From Rhodoferax sp. (GTDB taxonomy: Bacteria > Pseudomonadota > Gammaproteobacteria > Burkholderiales > Burkholderiaceae_C), in assembly GCF_018061265.1 (NCBI RefSeq), contig NZ_JAGOUM010000003.1: a DNA stretch of 64,000 nt, one strand, 5' to 3'. The first letter of the stretch is position 1. Each line of letters starts with the position of its first letter. Shown one piece after another: positions 12,297-22,325 of the stretch. The notes beneath the pieces are model-generated. The model did no database searches, was not told the origin of the DNA, and saw only the letters and a list, made by a program, of their open reading frames with translations. The translations under genes were made by a program, and so were the position numbers.

Positions 12297-12542
12297 TCAA
12301 CGTTTGCGCTTGGCAAAGTTGGCATCAAGAGCCGCTTTGGTGCGCGCGCGGCGGTCATCTCGCCGCTTGTTGTCGCGCTCCATGGCTTTTCGCTTGGTAT
12401 AGCCGGTGTTGTCGGCCCAGGTCCACCATGCCACCGCCGCGGCAAATGGCGACAAGACCAGCCACCACGACCACTGGGCAACAACCCCCCAGGCCAGGTA
12501 CTTCAACACCAGCAAGATCAGCCCCAAACCCAGTAAGTACAT
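12297..12542 (-). CDS. Small Trp-rich membrane protein (TIGR04438-like)
   Basis: Hydrophobic N-half with WSWW...WWTWAD.TGYTKRKAM and a basic tail. Confidence 0.8.
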   Translation of the reverse strand: MYLLGLGLILLVLKYLAWGVVAQWSWWLVLSPFAAAVAWWTWADNTGYTKRKAMERDNKRRDDRRARTKAALDANFAKRKR

Positions 12543-12640
12543 AGTCGCTCCAGTGGTTAACAGCCAGCGCCATCGGTTAACTGGCCATCTTCTCTACAAT
12601 GCCAAGCAGGCACTCTAACCCATTCCAAAAGGACAACCCC

Positions 12641-12943
12641 ATGAAACGCCTGTTGCTCGCCCTGCTGTCCACCACCGTGGGCATCACCTCGGCGCTGGCT
12701 GACGCCGACCTGGCCAAGAAGAAGAACTGCCTGGCGTGTCATGCAGTGGACAACAAAGTGGTTGGCCCGGGTTACAAGGAGATCGCCAAGAAGTATGCCG
12801 GGCAGGATGCATCCGGCAAATTGGCAGGCAAAATTCGCCAAGGCGGCGCGGGTGTCTGGGGTGTGGTGCCCATGCCTGCCAATCCCCAGGTCAATGAGGC
12901 TGAGGCCAAACAATTGGCGAGCTGGATATTGACGCTGAAATAA
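12641..12943 (+). CDS. Monoheme c-type cytochrome (c551/c552-like)
   Basis: Signal peptide, CLACH, VVGP and GVWGVVPMP with axial Met; RBS AAGGA upstream of ATG 12641. Confidence 0.93.
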   Translation: MKRLLLALLSTTVGITSALADADLAKKKNCLACHAVDNKVVGPGYKEIAKKYAGQDASGKLAGKIRQGGAGVWGVVPMPANPQVNEAEAKQLASWILTLK

Positions 12944-12956
12944 GCGGGTCAGTCGC

Positions 12957-14030
12957 TCAAATCACCACGGGCTCCGGCTCAAGCAGAATTCCGAATCGCT
13001 CATAAACGCTGGTCTGAATCGCCTTGGCCAGTGTCATCACCTCACCACCTGTGGCGGCATTCTGACCATCCACTGCACCACGGTTGACCAGTACCAACGC
13101 CTGCTTTTCATAGACACCCGCCTGACCCACCGATTTACCACGCCAGCCGCAGGCGTCAATCAGCCAGCCTGCCGCGAGTTTGAAACTGCCATCAGGCAGG
13201 GGATAGAACACCAGCTCAGGGTCGCGGGCAATGATGTCCGCACACTGTTCGGCGCTGACCATGGGGTTTTTGAAAAAACTGCCCACATTACCGACCACGG
13301 CTGGATCAGGTAATTTGGCGCGCCGAATATCACAGATCCAGTCAAACAACATTTGCGCCGAGGGTTGCATGCCATCCACTTCCTGCATCCGGCGTTCAAT
13401 ATCGGCATACCCCAGCACGGCTTTCCAGATTTTAGGCAGAGCAAACCTGACGCGTAGAACCAGTGCCCTGTTTTTTAGTCCAATCGCCTTCTGACCCATA
13501 TCTGGATTAGCTGAACTGCTATGCTTAAAGACAGAGTCCCGGTAACCAAAAGCACATTGCGCTGCATCCAGCGTAAACACAGCACCGGTTTGAAGGTCGA
13601 TCGCATCCAGGGACTCAAACCGGTCCTGCAGTTCCACGCCGTATGCGCCAATGTTCTGCACGGGTGCAGCACCCACCGTGCCCGGAATCATTGCCAGGTT
13701 CTCCAGTCCGGGCCAGCCTTGATGGAGCGTCCAGGCGACAAAGCTGTGCCAGCATTCACCCCCACCGGCCTCAACAATATAGTCCCGGGGAGTCTCGGTG
13801 ACCAAGCGTCGTCCCATCACCTCCACTTTCAGTACCAGAGGCTTGAGGTCGCCGGTCAGCACAATATTACTGCCGCCGCCCAGAACCAACTTGTCATGGT
13901 TGGCCCACATCGGATCGGCCAGCACGGCCAGCACATCAGCTGCATCGGCAATACGCACCAAGTGATTTGCACGCGCCACAATATGAAAGCTGTTGAGCGC
14001 CTGAAGCGGAACGTTTTTCTGAACTAACAT
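12957..14030 (-). CDS. murB: UDP-N-acetylenolpyruvoylglucosamine reductase
   Basis: LGGGSNI, IPGTVGAAPVQNIGAYG, FGYRDSVFK, GSFFKNP and LEPEP. Confidence 0.96.
   Translation of the reverse strand: MLVQKNVPLQALNSFHIVARANHLVRIADAADVLAVLADPMWANHDKLVLGGGSNIVLTGDLKPLVLKVEVMGRRLVTETPRDYIVEAGGGECWHSFVAWTLHQGWPGLENLAMIPGTVGAAPVQNIGAYGVELQDRFESLDAIDLQTGAVFTLDAAQCAFGYRDSVFKHSSSANPDMGQKAIGLKNRALVLRVRFALPKIWKAVLGYADIERRMQEVDGMQPSAQMLFDWICDIRRAKLPDPAVVGNVGSFFKNPMVSAEQCADIIARDPELVFYPLPDGSFKLAAGWLIDACGWRGKSVGQAGVYEKQALVLVNRGAVDGQNAATGGEVMTLAKAIQTSVYERFGILLEPEPVVI
13473..13531 (-). repeat. ~60-bp palindromic repeat, copy 4 (inside murB, degenerate)
   Basis: ATAGCAGTTCAGCT-AATCCAGATAT-GGGTCAGAAGG-CGATTGGACTAAA. 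Confidence 0.5.
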
Positions 14031-14122
14031 GGCGGCATTGTCGCCTGACCGGTACCGGCGCTGATCCTTTTCCCCCCAGTGCGCTGTGACCGGCGCGCCC
14101 TGCCCCAACCTGTGAATTGCCC

Positions 14123-14608
14123 ATGCCATCTTTTGATACCGTTTGTGAAGCCAATATGGTCGACGTCAAACACGCTGTCGAAAACACCGCCAAAGAAATT
14201 GGTACCCGTTTTGACTTCAAGGGGACACCTGCCGCCGTCGAACTCAAGGACAAAGAGATCACACTGATCGGTGATGCTGACTTCCAGCTCACCCAGATTG
14301 AGGACATCCTGCGCAACAAACTGACCAAACGCAACGTGGATGTGCGTTTTCTGGACAAAGGTGATGTCCAGAAGATGGGTGGTGACAAGGTCAAGCAGGT
14401 GATCAAGGTGCGCGACGGTATCGAAACCGAACTTGGCAAGAAAATCCAGCGCCTTGTCAAGGACAGCAAACTCAAGGTGCAAGCGGCCATCCAGGACGGA
14501 AAACTCCGGGTCTCCGGCGCCAAGCGCGATGACTTGCAGGGTGCCATGGCGTTGATCCGCAAGGAGATTGCCGATATCCCGCTGAGCTTTGACAACTTTC
14601 GCGATTGA
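14123..14608 (+). CDS. yajQ: YajQ family nucleotide/c-di-GMP-binding protein
   Basis: MPSFDTV...RFDFKG...[11 protein letters not shown]...FDNFRD. Confidence 0.95.
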   Translation: MPSFDTVCEANMVDVKHAVENTAKEIGTRFDFKGTPAAVELKDKEITLIGDADFQLTQIEDILRNKLTKRNVDVRFLDKGDVQKMGGDKVKQVIKVRDGIETELGKKIQRLVKDSKLKVQAAIQDGKLRVSGAKRDDLQGAMALIRKEIADIPLSFDNFRD

Positions 14609-14644
14609 CGACCTGAATTCTGGCAGACCAGCCACATTGCGACC

Positions 14645-15601
14645 ATGGCCCTGATCGTCAAGAACGAAAACGAATACGAGGATCTGCTGGGATTGTGGTC
14701 GGACCTGGAGTCCGGCTTGGGTCTGCTGCTGAGCCACCCGAGCAGCATTCAGGAGTTGCGTCAGCGTGTGGAGCAGTACGATCACTGGATGCAGGACCTG
14801 CTGATGCACGATCCCGATGTCGGTCTGTATTTGCTGTTTCAGCTGGCCATCATTTCTCCCGTGGGCTACAGCGCCTCACATTCGTTGGTCTGTGCCGTTT
14901 TGTGCCACCTGATCTCGGTCGAATACGCTCTACCTGAGGGAGAGCGAAACAGTCTGGTGCGGGCGGCGCTGACAATGAATATTGCCATGACTGCATTGCA
15001 GGACACGCTGGCCACTCAAACACAAAAACCCAGCACCCAACAACAGCAGGCCATTCAAGCCCATGCCAGCCAGGGCGCCCAGATGCTCGAGGGCATGGGG
15101 GTGCAGGACGAACTGTGGCTGAAGATCATTAAATTGCACCACCAGGAAGACCTGACTGATGACCCGCTCGCGGCGTTGGCCCCTCCCCAGCGACTGGCGC
15201 ATATCCTGCATCTGGTGGACCGGTATGCGGCGATGATCAGCCCACGTCAGTCACGCGAAGGACGCAGTGCTGCTGAGTCTGCCCAGAGCATCCTTCACAG
15301 CCGGTCCGGCCCACAAAGCAATATCGGGCAAACTTTGGTGCGTATTGTGGGCGTTTATCCTCCCGGCACTTTTGTCATGCTGGACAACCAGGAACTCGCG
15401 GTTGTCACGCGCCGCAGCAGCACACTCAATTTGCCAGACGTGGGCATTGTCATTGATGCCAGGGGCACGCTGATCCGCCCGCCCCGACTGCACCACACGG
15501 CCGGCGGCAGTCCGCTCATTCAATCGGCCCTGCCAGCCACTACCTTGCAAGAACGCATCAACCATCACCTCATCCTTCAGCTGGGCACGCATTGCGCATG
15601 A
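14645..15601 (+). CDS. Degenerate HD-GYP-like domain protein
   Basis: HD-GYP-like scaffold (AALTMNIAM, HHQE, LVDRYAAMISPR, GVYPPGTFV) but no HD dyad or GYP motif. Confidence 0.75.
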   Translation: MALIVKNENEYEDLLGLWSDLESGLGLLLSHPSSIQELRQRVEQYDHWMQDLLMHDPDVGLYLLFQLAIISPVGYSASHSLVCAVLCHLISVEYALPEGERNSLVRAALTMNIAMTALQDTLATQTQKPSTQQQQAIQAHASQGAQMLEGMGVQDELWLKIIKLHHQEDLTDDPLAALAPPQRLAHILHLVDRYAAMISPRQSREGRSAAESAQSILHSRSGPQSNIGQTLVRIVGVYPPGTFVMLDNQELAVVTRRSSTLNLPDVGIVIDARGTLIRPPRLHHTAGGSPLIQSALPATTLQERINHHLILQLGTHCA

Positions 15602-16092
15602 ACGCACCGCATGAACCCCGCCTCAACCGCGCGGTGCGCATGCTGTTGCAGACACAGCGTGTCGCCGCATTGGGTACCCTTGATGCCGAGAGAAAGCCCT
15701 TCGTGTCGATGGTGCCCTTCGGGGTTGATCGGCAAGCGGGTCATTTCATCATCCACACCAGCCTCTTGGCACCCCACACCCGCAATCTTCTCGATGACCC
15801 GGTCGTGTCGCTGATGGTCATGCAGGCCGAGATACCGAAAGAGCCGGTACACGCACTGCCCCGACTGTCGATGAATGGCACAGCGCATCGCTTGCCGCCC
15901 GGCAGTCCGGCCTGGCAAACGGCACGGTCAGTGTACCTGGCGCGTTTTCCGGAGGCCCAGGCGATGACCGAACTCGGTGACTTCAGCTTTTTTGCCCTGC
16001 ATGTCAGCGAGGCGCGTCAAGTCGCCGGCTTCGGAGCGGCCCGTCGACTGGATGCCGATGAGATGGCCACCTTGCTAAAGTGGCAGGACTGA
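15598..16092 (+). CDS. Pyridoxamine 5'-phosphate oxidase-like / HugZ family protein
   Basis: PFVSMVPF, LAPHTRNL...VSLMV, YLARFP and VAGFGAA; ATGA overlap with the upstream stop. Confidence 0.85.
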   Translation: MNAPHEPRLNRAVRMLLQTQRVAALGTLDAERKPFVSMVPFGVDRQAGHFIIHTSLLAPHTRNLLDDPVVSLMVMQAEIPKEPVHALPRLSMNGTAHRLPPGSPAWQTARSVYLARFPEAQAMTELGDFSFFALHVSEARQVAGFGAARRLDADEMATLLKWQD

Positions 16093-16800
16093 CGCATCGC
16101 TGCCTTCGACGAAGGCCACCATCATGCGCGCGACGGCCAGCCCTTCGTGCCCGTGCGACAAACTCTGCACGCAGTCCTGGAATTTGTCCTCACCCAGCAC
16201 AGCGCGCCGCTTATTGAGCAGAAATTGGCTGTAATCCTCAACAAATTCAGGGTGCGCTTGTACACACAAGACGTGTTCGTCCACGGCGAATGCTGCCACC
16301 GGACAAAACTCGCTGGTCGCAAGCAGGCGGGCACCCGCAGGCAGATCAAACACCTGATCCTGGTGACTGGCGAGCAAGGCGATGTCCTTGCGACCATGGG
16401 CTCCGGGCAAATCAGGTGCGAGCCAGCGGTATTGCATGCGTCCAGCACCCCAGCCATGGGGTGAACGACCCACCATTGAGCCCATGCACAGTGCAATCAG
16501 CTGGTGGCCAAAACACACGCCGATCAGTTTTTTTCTGGATTGAAGCAAACCCTCCACTTTCTCACGCAGGCGCAGTACCCAGGGCTCCTGGGAAAAACTG
16601 TCTGCCCTGCTGCCAGTCAGAAGTACCGCGTCGTAGTCGTCAAATGCCGCCGGGTATTCACCCTTGACGGTGTTGAAAATGTCAAACTGCCCCTGGGCAC
16701 CCGCATCGCGCAACAAACGCTCGAACATGGCACCGTAGCCCCGATAAGTCGGCTCGACCGCCGGGTCAAGGTAGTCGTTTTCAAGAATACAGAGTTTCAT
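16075..16800 (-). CDS. Type 1 glutamine amidotransferase
   Basis: GVCFGHQ nucleophile elbow and QAHPE His-Glu. Confidence 0.9.
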   Translation of the reverse strand: MKLCILENDYLDPAVEPTYRGYGAMFERLLRDAGAQGQFDIFNTVKGEYPAAFDDYDAVLLTGSRADSFSQEPWVLRLREKVEGLLQSRKKLIGVCFGHQLIALCMGSMVGRSPHGWGAGRMQYRWLAPDLPGAHGRKDIALLASHQDQVFDLPAGARLLATSEFCPVAAFAVDEHVLCVQAHPEFVEDYSQFLLNKRRAVLGEDKFQDCVQSLSHGHEGLAVARMMVAFVEGSDASVLPL

Positions 16801-17516
16801 GGCTTGTGTTTGCTGTGTGTATGGTTTTTGTGTCCGTGGAGTTCAGCATGCCGATGGGATTTGACCGGCACCTCAGCGGTCGGCAATGGTGGGGGTTTTT
16901 TTCCAATTTTCGACTCGGTGCCCTTGACCAGGCGATTGATGTTCTCGGCGTGCCGGTATAACAATAGCAGCGACATCAGCACCACGGAAAACGCAATACT
17001 CTTGCTGACGTACCAGGCGTTTCCGCCGCCCAACGCGTACACCGCAGGTGCCAGCAATGCCGAAACAATCGATGCGAGCGATGAGTAACGGAAAAGCACC
17101 GCAGTCGCCAGCCAGATCAGCAGGGTAGCCAGACCCAGCCACGCATTCAGTCCGAGCAGCACGCCTGCCGCAGTGGCGACACCTTTACCACCGGCAAACC
17201 TGAAAAACACCGGATAAAGATGGCCCAGAAAGGCCGCCAGCCCCACCATCGCCACCGTGCCATCGTCCAGGCCATAGGGTTTGCCAAACCAGCGCACCAG
17301 CATCACCGGCAGCCACCCTTTCGCAGCATCCAGCAGCAATGTGATGATTGCTGCTGATTTGTTGCCCGAGCGCAGAACATTGGTCGCACCCGGATTCTTG
17401 CTGCCAAAGGTGCGCGGGTCGCTCAGACCCATGACCCGACTGACGATCACTGCAAACGACAGCGATCCCACAAGGTAGGCCACCAAGGTCGCCACTACGG
17501 GCAGAAAACCATGCAT
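16797..17516 (-). CDS. plsY: Glycerol-3-phosphate acyltransferase PlsY
   Basis: YLVGS, GSKNPGATNVLR, GHLYPVFFRFAGGKGVAT and HAENINRLVKGTE. Confidence 0.95.
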   Translation of the reverse strand: MHGFLPVVATLVAYLVGSLSFAVIVSRVMGLSDPRTFGSKNPGATNVLRSGNKSAAIITLLLDAAKGWLPVMLVRWFGKPYGLDDGTVAMVGLAAFLGHLYPVFFRFAGGKGVATAAGVLLGLNAWLGLATLLIWLATAVLFRYSSLASIVSALLAPAVYALGGGNAWYVSKSIAFSVVLMSLLLLYRHAENINRLVKGTESKIGKKPPPLPTAEVPVKSHRHAELHGHKNHTHSKHKP

Positions 17517-17591
17517 TAGTTCCAAAAAAATAGCTCCGGTTGACCCGCCATAATCGGGGAGTTGCCTATTTTGCCAGCCTTGGCCAACGTG

Positions 17592-18086
17592 TCACACCAG
17601 GCTCAGGGCACACTGCACTGCCTTGGCATTGAGGAGGTCGATGCAGACCTGAGGTGCAATGCCGACCAGATACCCCCGCCGTCCTCCATTGATGAGAATT
17701 TGAGGCAGCTCCAGAATGCTGGATTCAACATACACCGGCATGACCCGGCGGGTACCGAACGGCGAAGTTCCGCCCACCAGATACCCACTGTAACGGTTGG
17801 CCACCTCGGGCAGACAGGGTTCGACCGACTTGGCACCAATCTGCCGCGCCAGGTTTTTGGTCGACACTTTGCAGTTGCCATGCATCAGCACCACCAGCGG
17901 CTTGGCGTCCTGGTCCTGCATGATGAGCGTCTTGACCACATGGAACGGGTCCCACCCCAGTACTGCGGCACTGTGCTGGGCACCACCATGTTCCTGGTAT
18001 TCGTAAGTGTGCTCGGCAAACCTCACCCCCGCCGCCCTGAGGCACTGGGTGGCCGGGGTTTCAGAGACGTGCTCTTTTTTCGCCAT
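17592..18086 (-). CDS. ybaK: Aminoacyl-tRNA deacylase, YbaK family
   Basis: VVKTL, GYLVGGTSPFG and INGGRRG. Confidence 0.9.
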   Translation of the reverse strand: MAKKEHVSETPATQCLRAAGVRFAEHTYEYQEHGGAQHSAAVLGWDPFHVVKTLIMQDQDAKPLVVLMHGNCKVSTKNLARQIGAKSVEPCLPEVANRYSGYLVGGTSPFGTRRVMPVYVESSILELPQILINGGRRGYLVGIAPQVCIDLLNAKAVQCALSLV

Positions 18087-18116
18087 CAGACAGCTCTTGC
18101 AATGCCTGGCACCTGC

Positions 18117-19178
18117 CTACTGAGCCGGATCACGCGCCTCCCAGCGTATGGCATCAATCTGCTGGAGCAAGTCCGCCGACAACTGGGTACCCCAGGCATC
18201 CAGGCATTCGTCGAGCTGGGCCACACTGGTCACACCAACAATGGTGCTGGCCACCTGCCACTTGGTGTAGCAAAACGCCAGTGCCATTTGTAGCGGGGTC
18301 AGCCCGTGCATGCGCGCCAGGGCACTGTAGCGCTTGGCAGCCGCCAATGCTTCGGGTCGGCCCCAACGCTGCCTGCGGGTCGACTCAAACCGTGTCAACC
18401 GTGCCAGCGCTGGCGCATGCAGGCCGGTCAGCCCGGTGTCGTCGTATTTGCCACTGAGCAAACCAAACGACAAGGGCGAATACGCCAGCAACGACACATT
18501 CAGACGGTGCAGGGTCTCGTCCAGCGCGTTCTCGACACTGCGGTTGAGCAGGCTGTAGCCGTTTTGCACCGATGCGACGCGAGGCAATCCATATTGCTCG
18601 GCCAGGCGTACAAACTCGTGGACACCATAGGGCGTCTCGTTGGACAAACCCACAGCGCGCACCTTGCCGGCCCTGACCAGCGTCCCCAATGCCTCCAGCT
18701 GCTGATGGATCGATGTGCCCGGTTCATCACCGCGCTGGTAATACAGATTACCAAACATCGGCACGCTGCGCACTGGCCAGTGAATCTGGTAGAGGTCGAT
18801 CACATCGGTCTGCAGCCGGTTCAGGCTGCCCTCGCAGGCCGCAATGATGTCGGCACCGGTCAGGTCCAGGCTGCCGTCGCGGATCCACTTCATGGCGCGG
18901 CTCGGACCAGCCACCTTGGTGGCGATCACCAGTTTTTGCCGTGCACCCGGACGCTGGACAAGCCAGTTGCCGATGATTTTTTCGGTTGCGTTGAAGGTCT
19001 CCGCCCGAGGCGGTACCGCATACATCTCTGCTGTGTCAATAAAGTTCACACCGCGTTGCAGCGAGCGGTCAAGAATGTCAAAAGCGCCCGCCTCATCAAC
19101 CTGTTCACCAAAGGTCATGGTGCCCAGGCAGATGGGGGTGACTTGCAGGTCGCTTTGACCCAGTTGAATGGTTTTCAT
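18117..19178 (-). CDS. Aldo/keto reductase (Tas-like)
   Basis: LGTMTFGEQ, FIDTAEMY, DLYQIHWP, GLSNET and AYSPL. Confidence 0.92.
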   Translation of the reverse strand: MKTIQLGQSDLQVTPICLGTMTFGEQVDEAGAFDILDRSLQRGVNFIDTAEMYAVPPRAETFNATEKIIGNWLVQRPGARQKLVIATKVAGPSRAMKWIRDGSLDLTGADIIAACEGSLNRLQTDVIDLYQIHWPVRSVPMFGNLYYQRGDEPGTSIHQQLEALGTLVRAGKVRAVGLSNETPYGVHEFVRLAEQYGLPRVASVQNGYSLLNRSVENALDETLHRLNVSLLAYSPLSFGLLSGKYDDTGLTGLHAPALARLTRFESTRRQRWGRPEALAAAKRYSALARMHGLTPLQMALAFCYTKWQVASTIVGVTSVAQLDECLDAWGTQLSADLLQQIDAIRWEARDPAQ

Positions 19179-19250
19179 GCGAAAGGATCTGCCAAATAGA
19201 GTGGGAGGCGCAGGAGTTTACGCCAGAGTTTTCCACTGTCGGGTGTCCGG

Positions 19251-20213
19251 TCAGGTGGGTGGCGGCAGTCGCACAAAACCCTCGGTTCGGATAAGAGCCG
19301 CAGCAACGATCGGATCGTGCAGGATTGACTCCTCATGTTGCCAGTGGTCCAGTTGGCGCTGCAACACCACCGCGATTTGCAGTGCGGGTGCATTCTCTTC
19401 GCGCCGTACTGTGGCCGTCATCGCTGAGCACATGAAGTTGTTGCACGCCTGCGAGCGCAAGTCGCGCGGCAAATTGCACCCTTGTTCGGTCTGGTTGATG
19501 CACCCCCCCCGCAGGCTGGCCTTGGGCACATGATGCAAATAGATGCGCAAAACTTGTCGCCCGGACAGATTGGCTTGGCGCAGCAACAGGCGCTGGATCG
19601 ACTCGGGCTGCAAAAATCCATGGTCCTGGCCACGAGTACAACAGCCACCGCGACAGACAGCGCACAACTGGCCCGATATCGGTCCATAAGCCACATCCGC
19701 AGACACAGTTTGTTCGGAGCTCGACGCGCCAGCAGGCACCGCACCGGCCTGTAAGCGCTGGTCGAAAGCCTGCCCGATGATGTCAATCAGATGTCGCAGG
19801 TAGCGACGCCGACGTTCACGCGGCACAGCCTCGCGCATCGATGGGCCACTCGGTAACACCAAAGACACTACCCCTGCCGGGTCCAGTGGCTCATGCTGCC
19901 CCAGTGCCGCCTGCAAGGCATCGAACGCTTGGCTGTTGGCCTGTGCTTGGACCAGTTGCCTTGCCAGCCGTTCCCGCATCAGCAACCGACGCTGTTGTGT
20001 TGTTATGGCCTGCATGTGCAGGTACGCGTCAAACGTCGACGCATTCATGGTTTGAGCCTGCCGCATCACCTGCTGGCAATGCGGATCAGCGCAACAGGGT
20101 TCGCCACCGGCGCGTTGAAGCGCAGCCAGCGATGCGTTTGCTGGCTGCGGATCTCCACAAACCCGACATCGCTTGGGAGAGTTTGACAGTGGGTTCTTGA
20201 CTAACGGCATCAT
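19251..20213 (-). CDS. Hypothetical Cys-cluster protein
   Basis: 320-aa ORF co-oriented with its neighbours; Cys groups CRVC...CCADPHC, CAVCRGGCC and CINQTEQGC...RSQACNNFMC. Confidence 0.7.
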   Translation of the reverse strand: MMPLVKNPLSNSPKRCRVCGDPQPANASLAALQRAGGEPCCADPHCQQVMRQAQTMNASTFDAYLHMQAITTQQRRLLMRERLARQLVQAQANSQAFDALQAALGQHEPLDPAGVVSLVLPSGPSMREAVPRERRRRYLRHLIDIIGQAFDQRLQAGAVPAGASSSEQTVSADVAYGPISGQLCAVCRGGCCTRGQDHGFLQPESIQRLLLRQANLSGRQVLRIYLHHVPKASLRGGCINQTEQGCNLPRDLRSQACNNFMCSAMTATVRREENAPALQIAVVLQRQLDHWQHEESILHDPIVAAALIRTEGFVRLPPPT

Positions 20214-20239
20214 TCAATCGGGCTGGCTCATCATGACAT

Positions 20240-21127
20240 TCAACGCGGCAACAAACCCCACACACCGCGTAAAACCTGCAGCGTGGCAATAATGGCCGGG
20301 TCATGCTCGGACGTCTTGGGGTAGATAAAACTCAACATCGCCGCGACCCGGGTATGCGGCCAGACAATGACTTCACCGCGCTCTGCCGCTTTCACCGCCA
20401 CATCTTCACGTAGCAATGCCAACCCGACGCCGGCCCGGACCAGGCTCAAGGGTGCGGCAGCATCGTCCGATTCCAGTGCAATATTGGGCAGCAAACCCTG
20501 GCGGGCAAAAAGATCGCGCAACAAGGTTTGGGCATGGCTGGCATGTGGAGCACCAACCCAGGGCATATCGGCAATCTCGCGCCAGCCGGCGTGCAACACC
20601 CGATCCCGGAAAGACGCAGGCGCGGTCACCCGGAACTGAATGGTCTGCAGCGCCAGCCCCAATACATCACGCGGAATGTTCGGGCCAATGTAAAAAGCCG
20701 CGTGCAAGGCGGATGTCGCCACTGCCTCCCGCAGCGCCTCGGCATCCCCCATGCGGGTTTTAATTTCCAGCAAGGGCAGCACTGACACCAGGCCGCTCAG
20801 CAAGGAACCCAGGCGCAACGAATCCGGGTCACCCACCGTGCCGATCACCAGTTGGCCCGAAACTTCGCCCTGCAACTCGCGCGCATGCCCCACCAGCGCG
20901 CCGGCAGCGGTGAGCACCGCTTCCGCCTCGGGCAACAGACGCTCCCCGGCGCGGGTCAGCGCAATGCGCCCCGGGCGCCGGTCAAACAGGGCGATGCCCA
21001 GTTCTTCTTCAAGCGCCTTGATCTGGCCAGTGACGGCAGGCTGCGTCAGGTGCAAAACCTCGGCAGCGCGTGTCAAGTGGCCAATCTTGGCCACGGTCAC
21101 AAAAGCGCGAAGTTGGTAGATTTCCAC
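20240..21127 (-). CDS. LysR family transcriptional regulator
   Basis: N-terminal HTH TRAAEVLHLTQPAVTGQIKALEEELG. Confidence 0.95.
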   Translation of the reverse strand: MEIYQLRAFVTVAKIGHLTRAAEVLHLTQPAVTGQIKALEEELGIALFDRRPGRIALTRAGERLLPEAEAVLTAAGALVGHARELQGEVSGQLVIGTVGDPDSLRLGSLLSGLVSVLPLLEIKTRMGDAEALREAVATSALHAAFYIGPNIPRDVLGLALQTIQFRVTAPASFRDRVLHAGWREIADMPWVGAPHASHAQTLLRDLFARQGLLPNIALESDDAAAPLSLVRAGVGLALLREDVAVKAAERGEVIVWPHTRVAAMLSFIYPKTSEHDPAIIATLQVLRGVWGLLPR

Positions 21128-21221
21128 AAGTTCAGAGTTTCAAGTCGCGTAGTATGGCGGCAAGTTCAACAATCAGGGGCAGCCGCCAGGTGTCGGCCTT
21201 CATCTGGCGCTGGTCAGCCAG

Positions 21222-22313
21222 CTAATCCACCAGCAGGCGTGCCTGTGTAGCCTCTATGCCCAAGCGCACTGCGGCCCCGGGTTGAAACAGCGACAAGCCA
21301 GAGTAGTGTGGCTGGTTGGCCACAATTACGGCCTCACCGACACGTACCCGGTAACGCGACGATTCACCCAAAAACTCAGAGCTTTCCACCCGGCCTTCCA
21401 GCCAGGTACGCGAGGCGTCCACATGTTCGTCGCGCACACGAATACTGACGGTGTGTGGCCTGAAGGCCAGGGTGGCCTTTCCAACGGGTGGTGTGTCGTT
21501 GTGGCGCGGCATGACCAGCGTGCCGACACCATCGGCCTGAAACGTCAAGGTTTCGCCGTTCACCTGCGTCACAGCCCCGTCGACCAAATTGGCGGTGCCC
21601 ACAAAGCCCGCCACAAACCGGTTGGCCGGATAGTCAAACAAGGCGCTGGCCGTCCCGATCTGCTGCAACACACCTTTGTCCAGCACCGCCATGCGGTCGG
21701 CGGTGGTCATGGCCTCCTCCTGGTCGTGGGTGACAAAAATGGTGGTCAGGCCCAGCGTACGCTGCAGGTTCTTCAGCTCTTCACGCATTTGCACGCGCAG
21801 GTTTTTGTCCAGATTCGACAAGGGCTCGTCGAGCAGCAGCAGTTTGGGCTCGATCACCACAGTGCGCGCCAGAGCCACGCGCTGTTGCTGCCCGCCCGAG
21901 AGCTGGCTGGGTTTGCGCTGTGCATACTGCAGCAGACCGACCAGTTCGAGCGCCGCACCCACCTTCTGGCGCAGTGATTCTTTGGGCTCCTTGCGCTCGA
22001 CCAGGCCAAACGCCACGTTGTCCCAAACCGTCATGTGCGGCCACAAAGCGTAGTTCTGGAACACCATGCCCACATTGCGCAGATGAGGTGGCGTGCCCGT
22101 AATGTCTTTGCCGTCAATCAGCAGTTCACCGCGCTGGTGCTGGTTAAACCCGGCAATCAGCCGCAGCAGGGTCGATTTCCCCGAACCCGATGGCCCGAGC
22201 AACGCAAAAAATTCGCCCGGTTCGATGCGCAAGGTCACGTCCTTGAGTACTTCGGTCGGCCCGTAACTCAGGCTGATATGCCGTGCCTCCAGTGAAACTT
22301 TATTCAAATGCAT
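21222..22313 (-). CDS. ABC transporter ATP-binding protein (FbpC/PotA-like)
   Basis: Walker A GPSGSGKS, LSGGQQQR, LLLLDEP and a C-terminal TOBE-like region. Confidence 0.95.
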   Translation of the reverse strand: MHLNKVSLEARHISLSYGPTEVLKDVTLRIEPGEFFALLGPSGSGKSTLLRLIAGFNQHQRGELLIDGKDITGTPPHLRNVGMVFQNYALWPHMTVWDNVAFGLVERKEPKESLRQKVGAALELVGLLQYAQRKPSQLSGGQQQRVALARTVVIEPKLLLLDEPLSNLDKNLRVQMREELKNLQRTLGLTTIFVTHDQEEAMTTADRMAVLDKGVLQQIGTASALFDYPANRFVAGFVGTANLVDGAVTQVNGETLTFQADGVGTLVMPRHNDTPPVGKATLAFRPHTVSIRVRDEHVDASRTWLEGRVESSEFLGESSRYRVRVGEAVIVANQPHYSGLSLFQPGAAVRLGIEATQARLLVD

Positions 22314-22325
22314 GACAAGCCTTCC

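Noticed and set aside
17523-17575. Possible further copy of the 60-bp repeat upstream of plsY (also ATAGCTG at 47458)
   Set aside because: Only the ATAGCT seed matches; the downstream G(G/C)GCT arm and spacing are not convincing.
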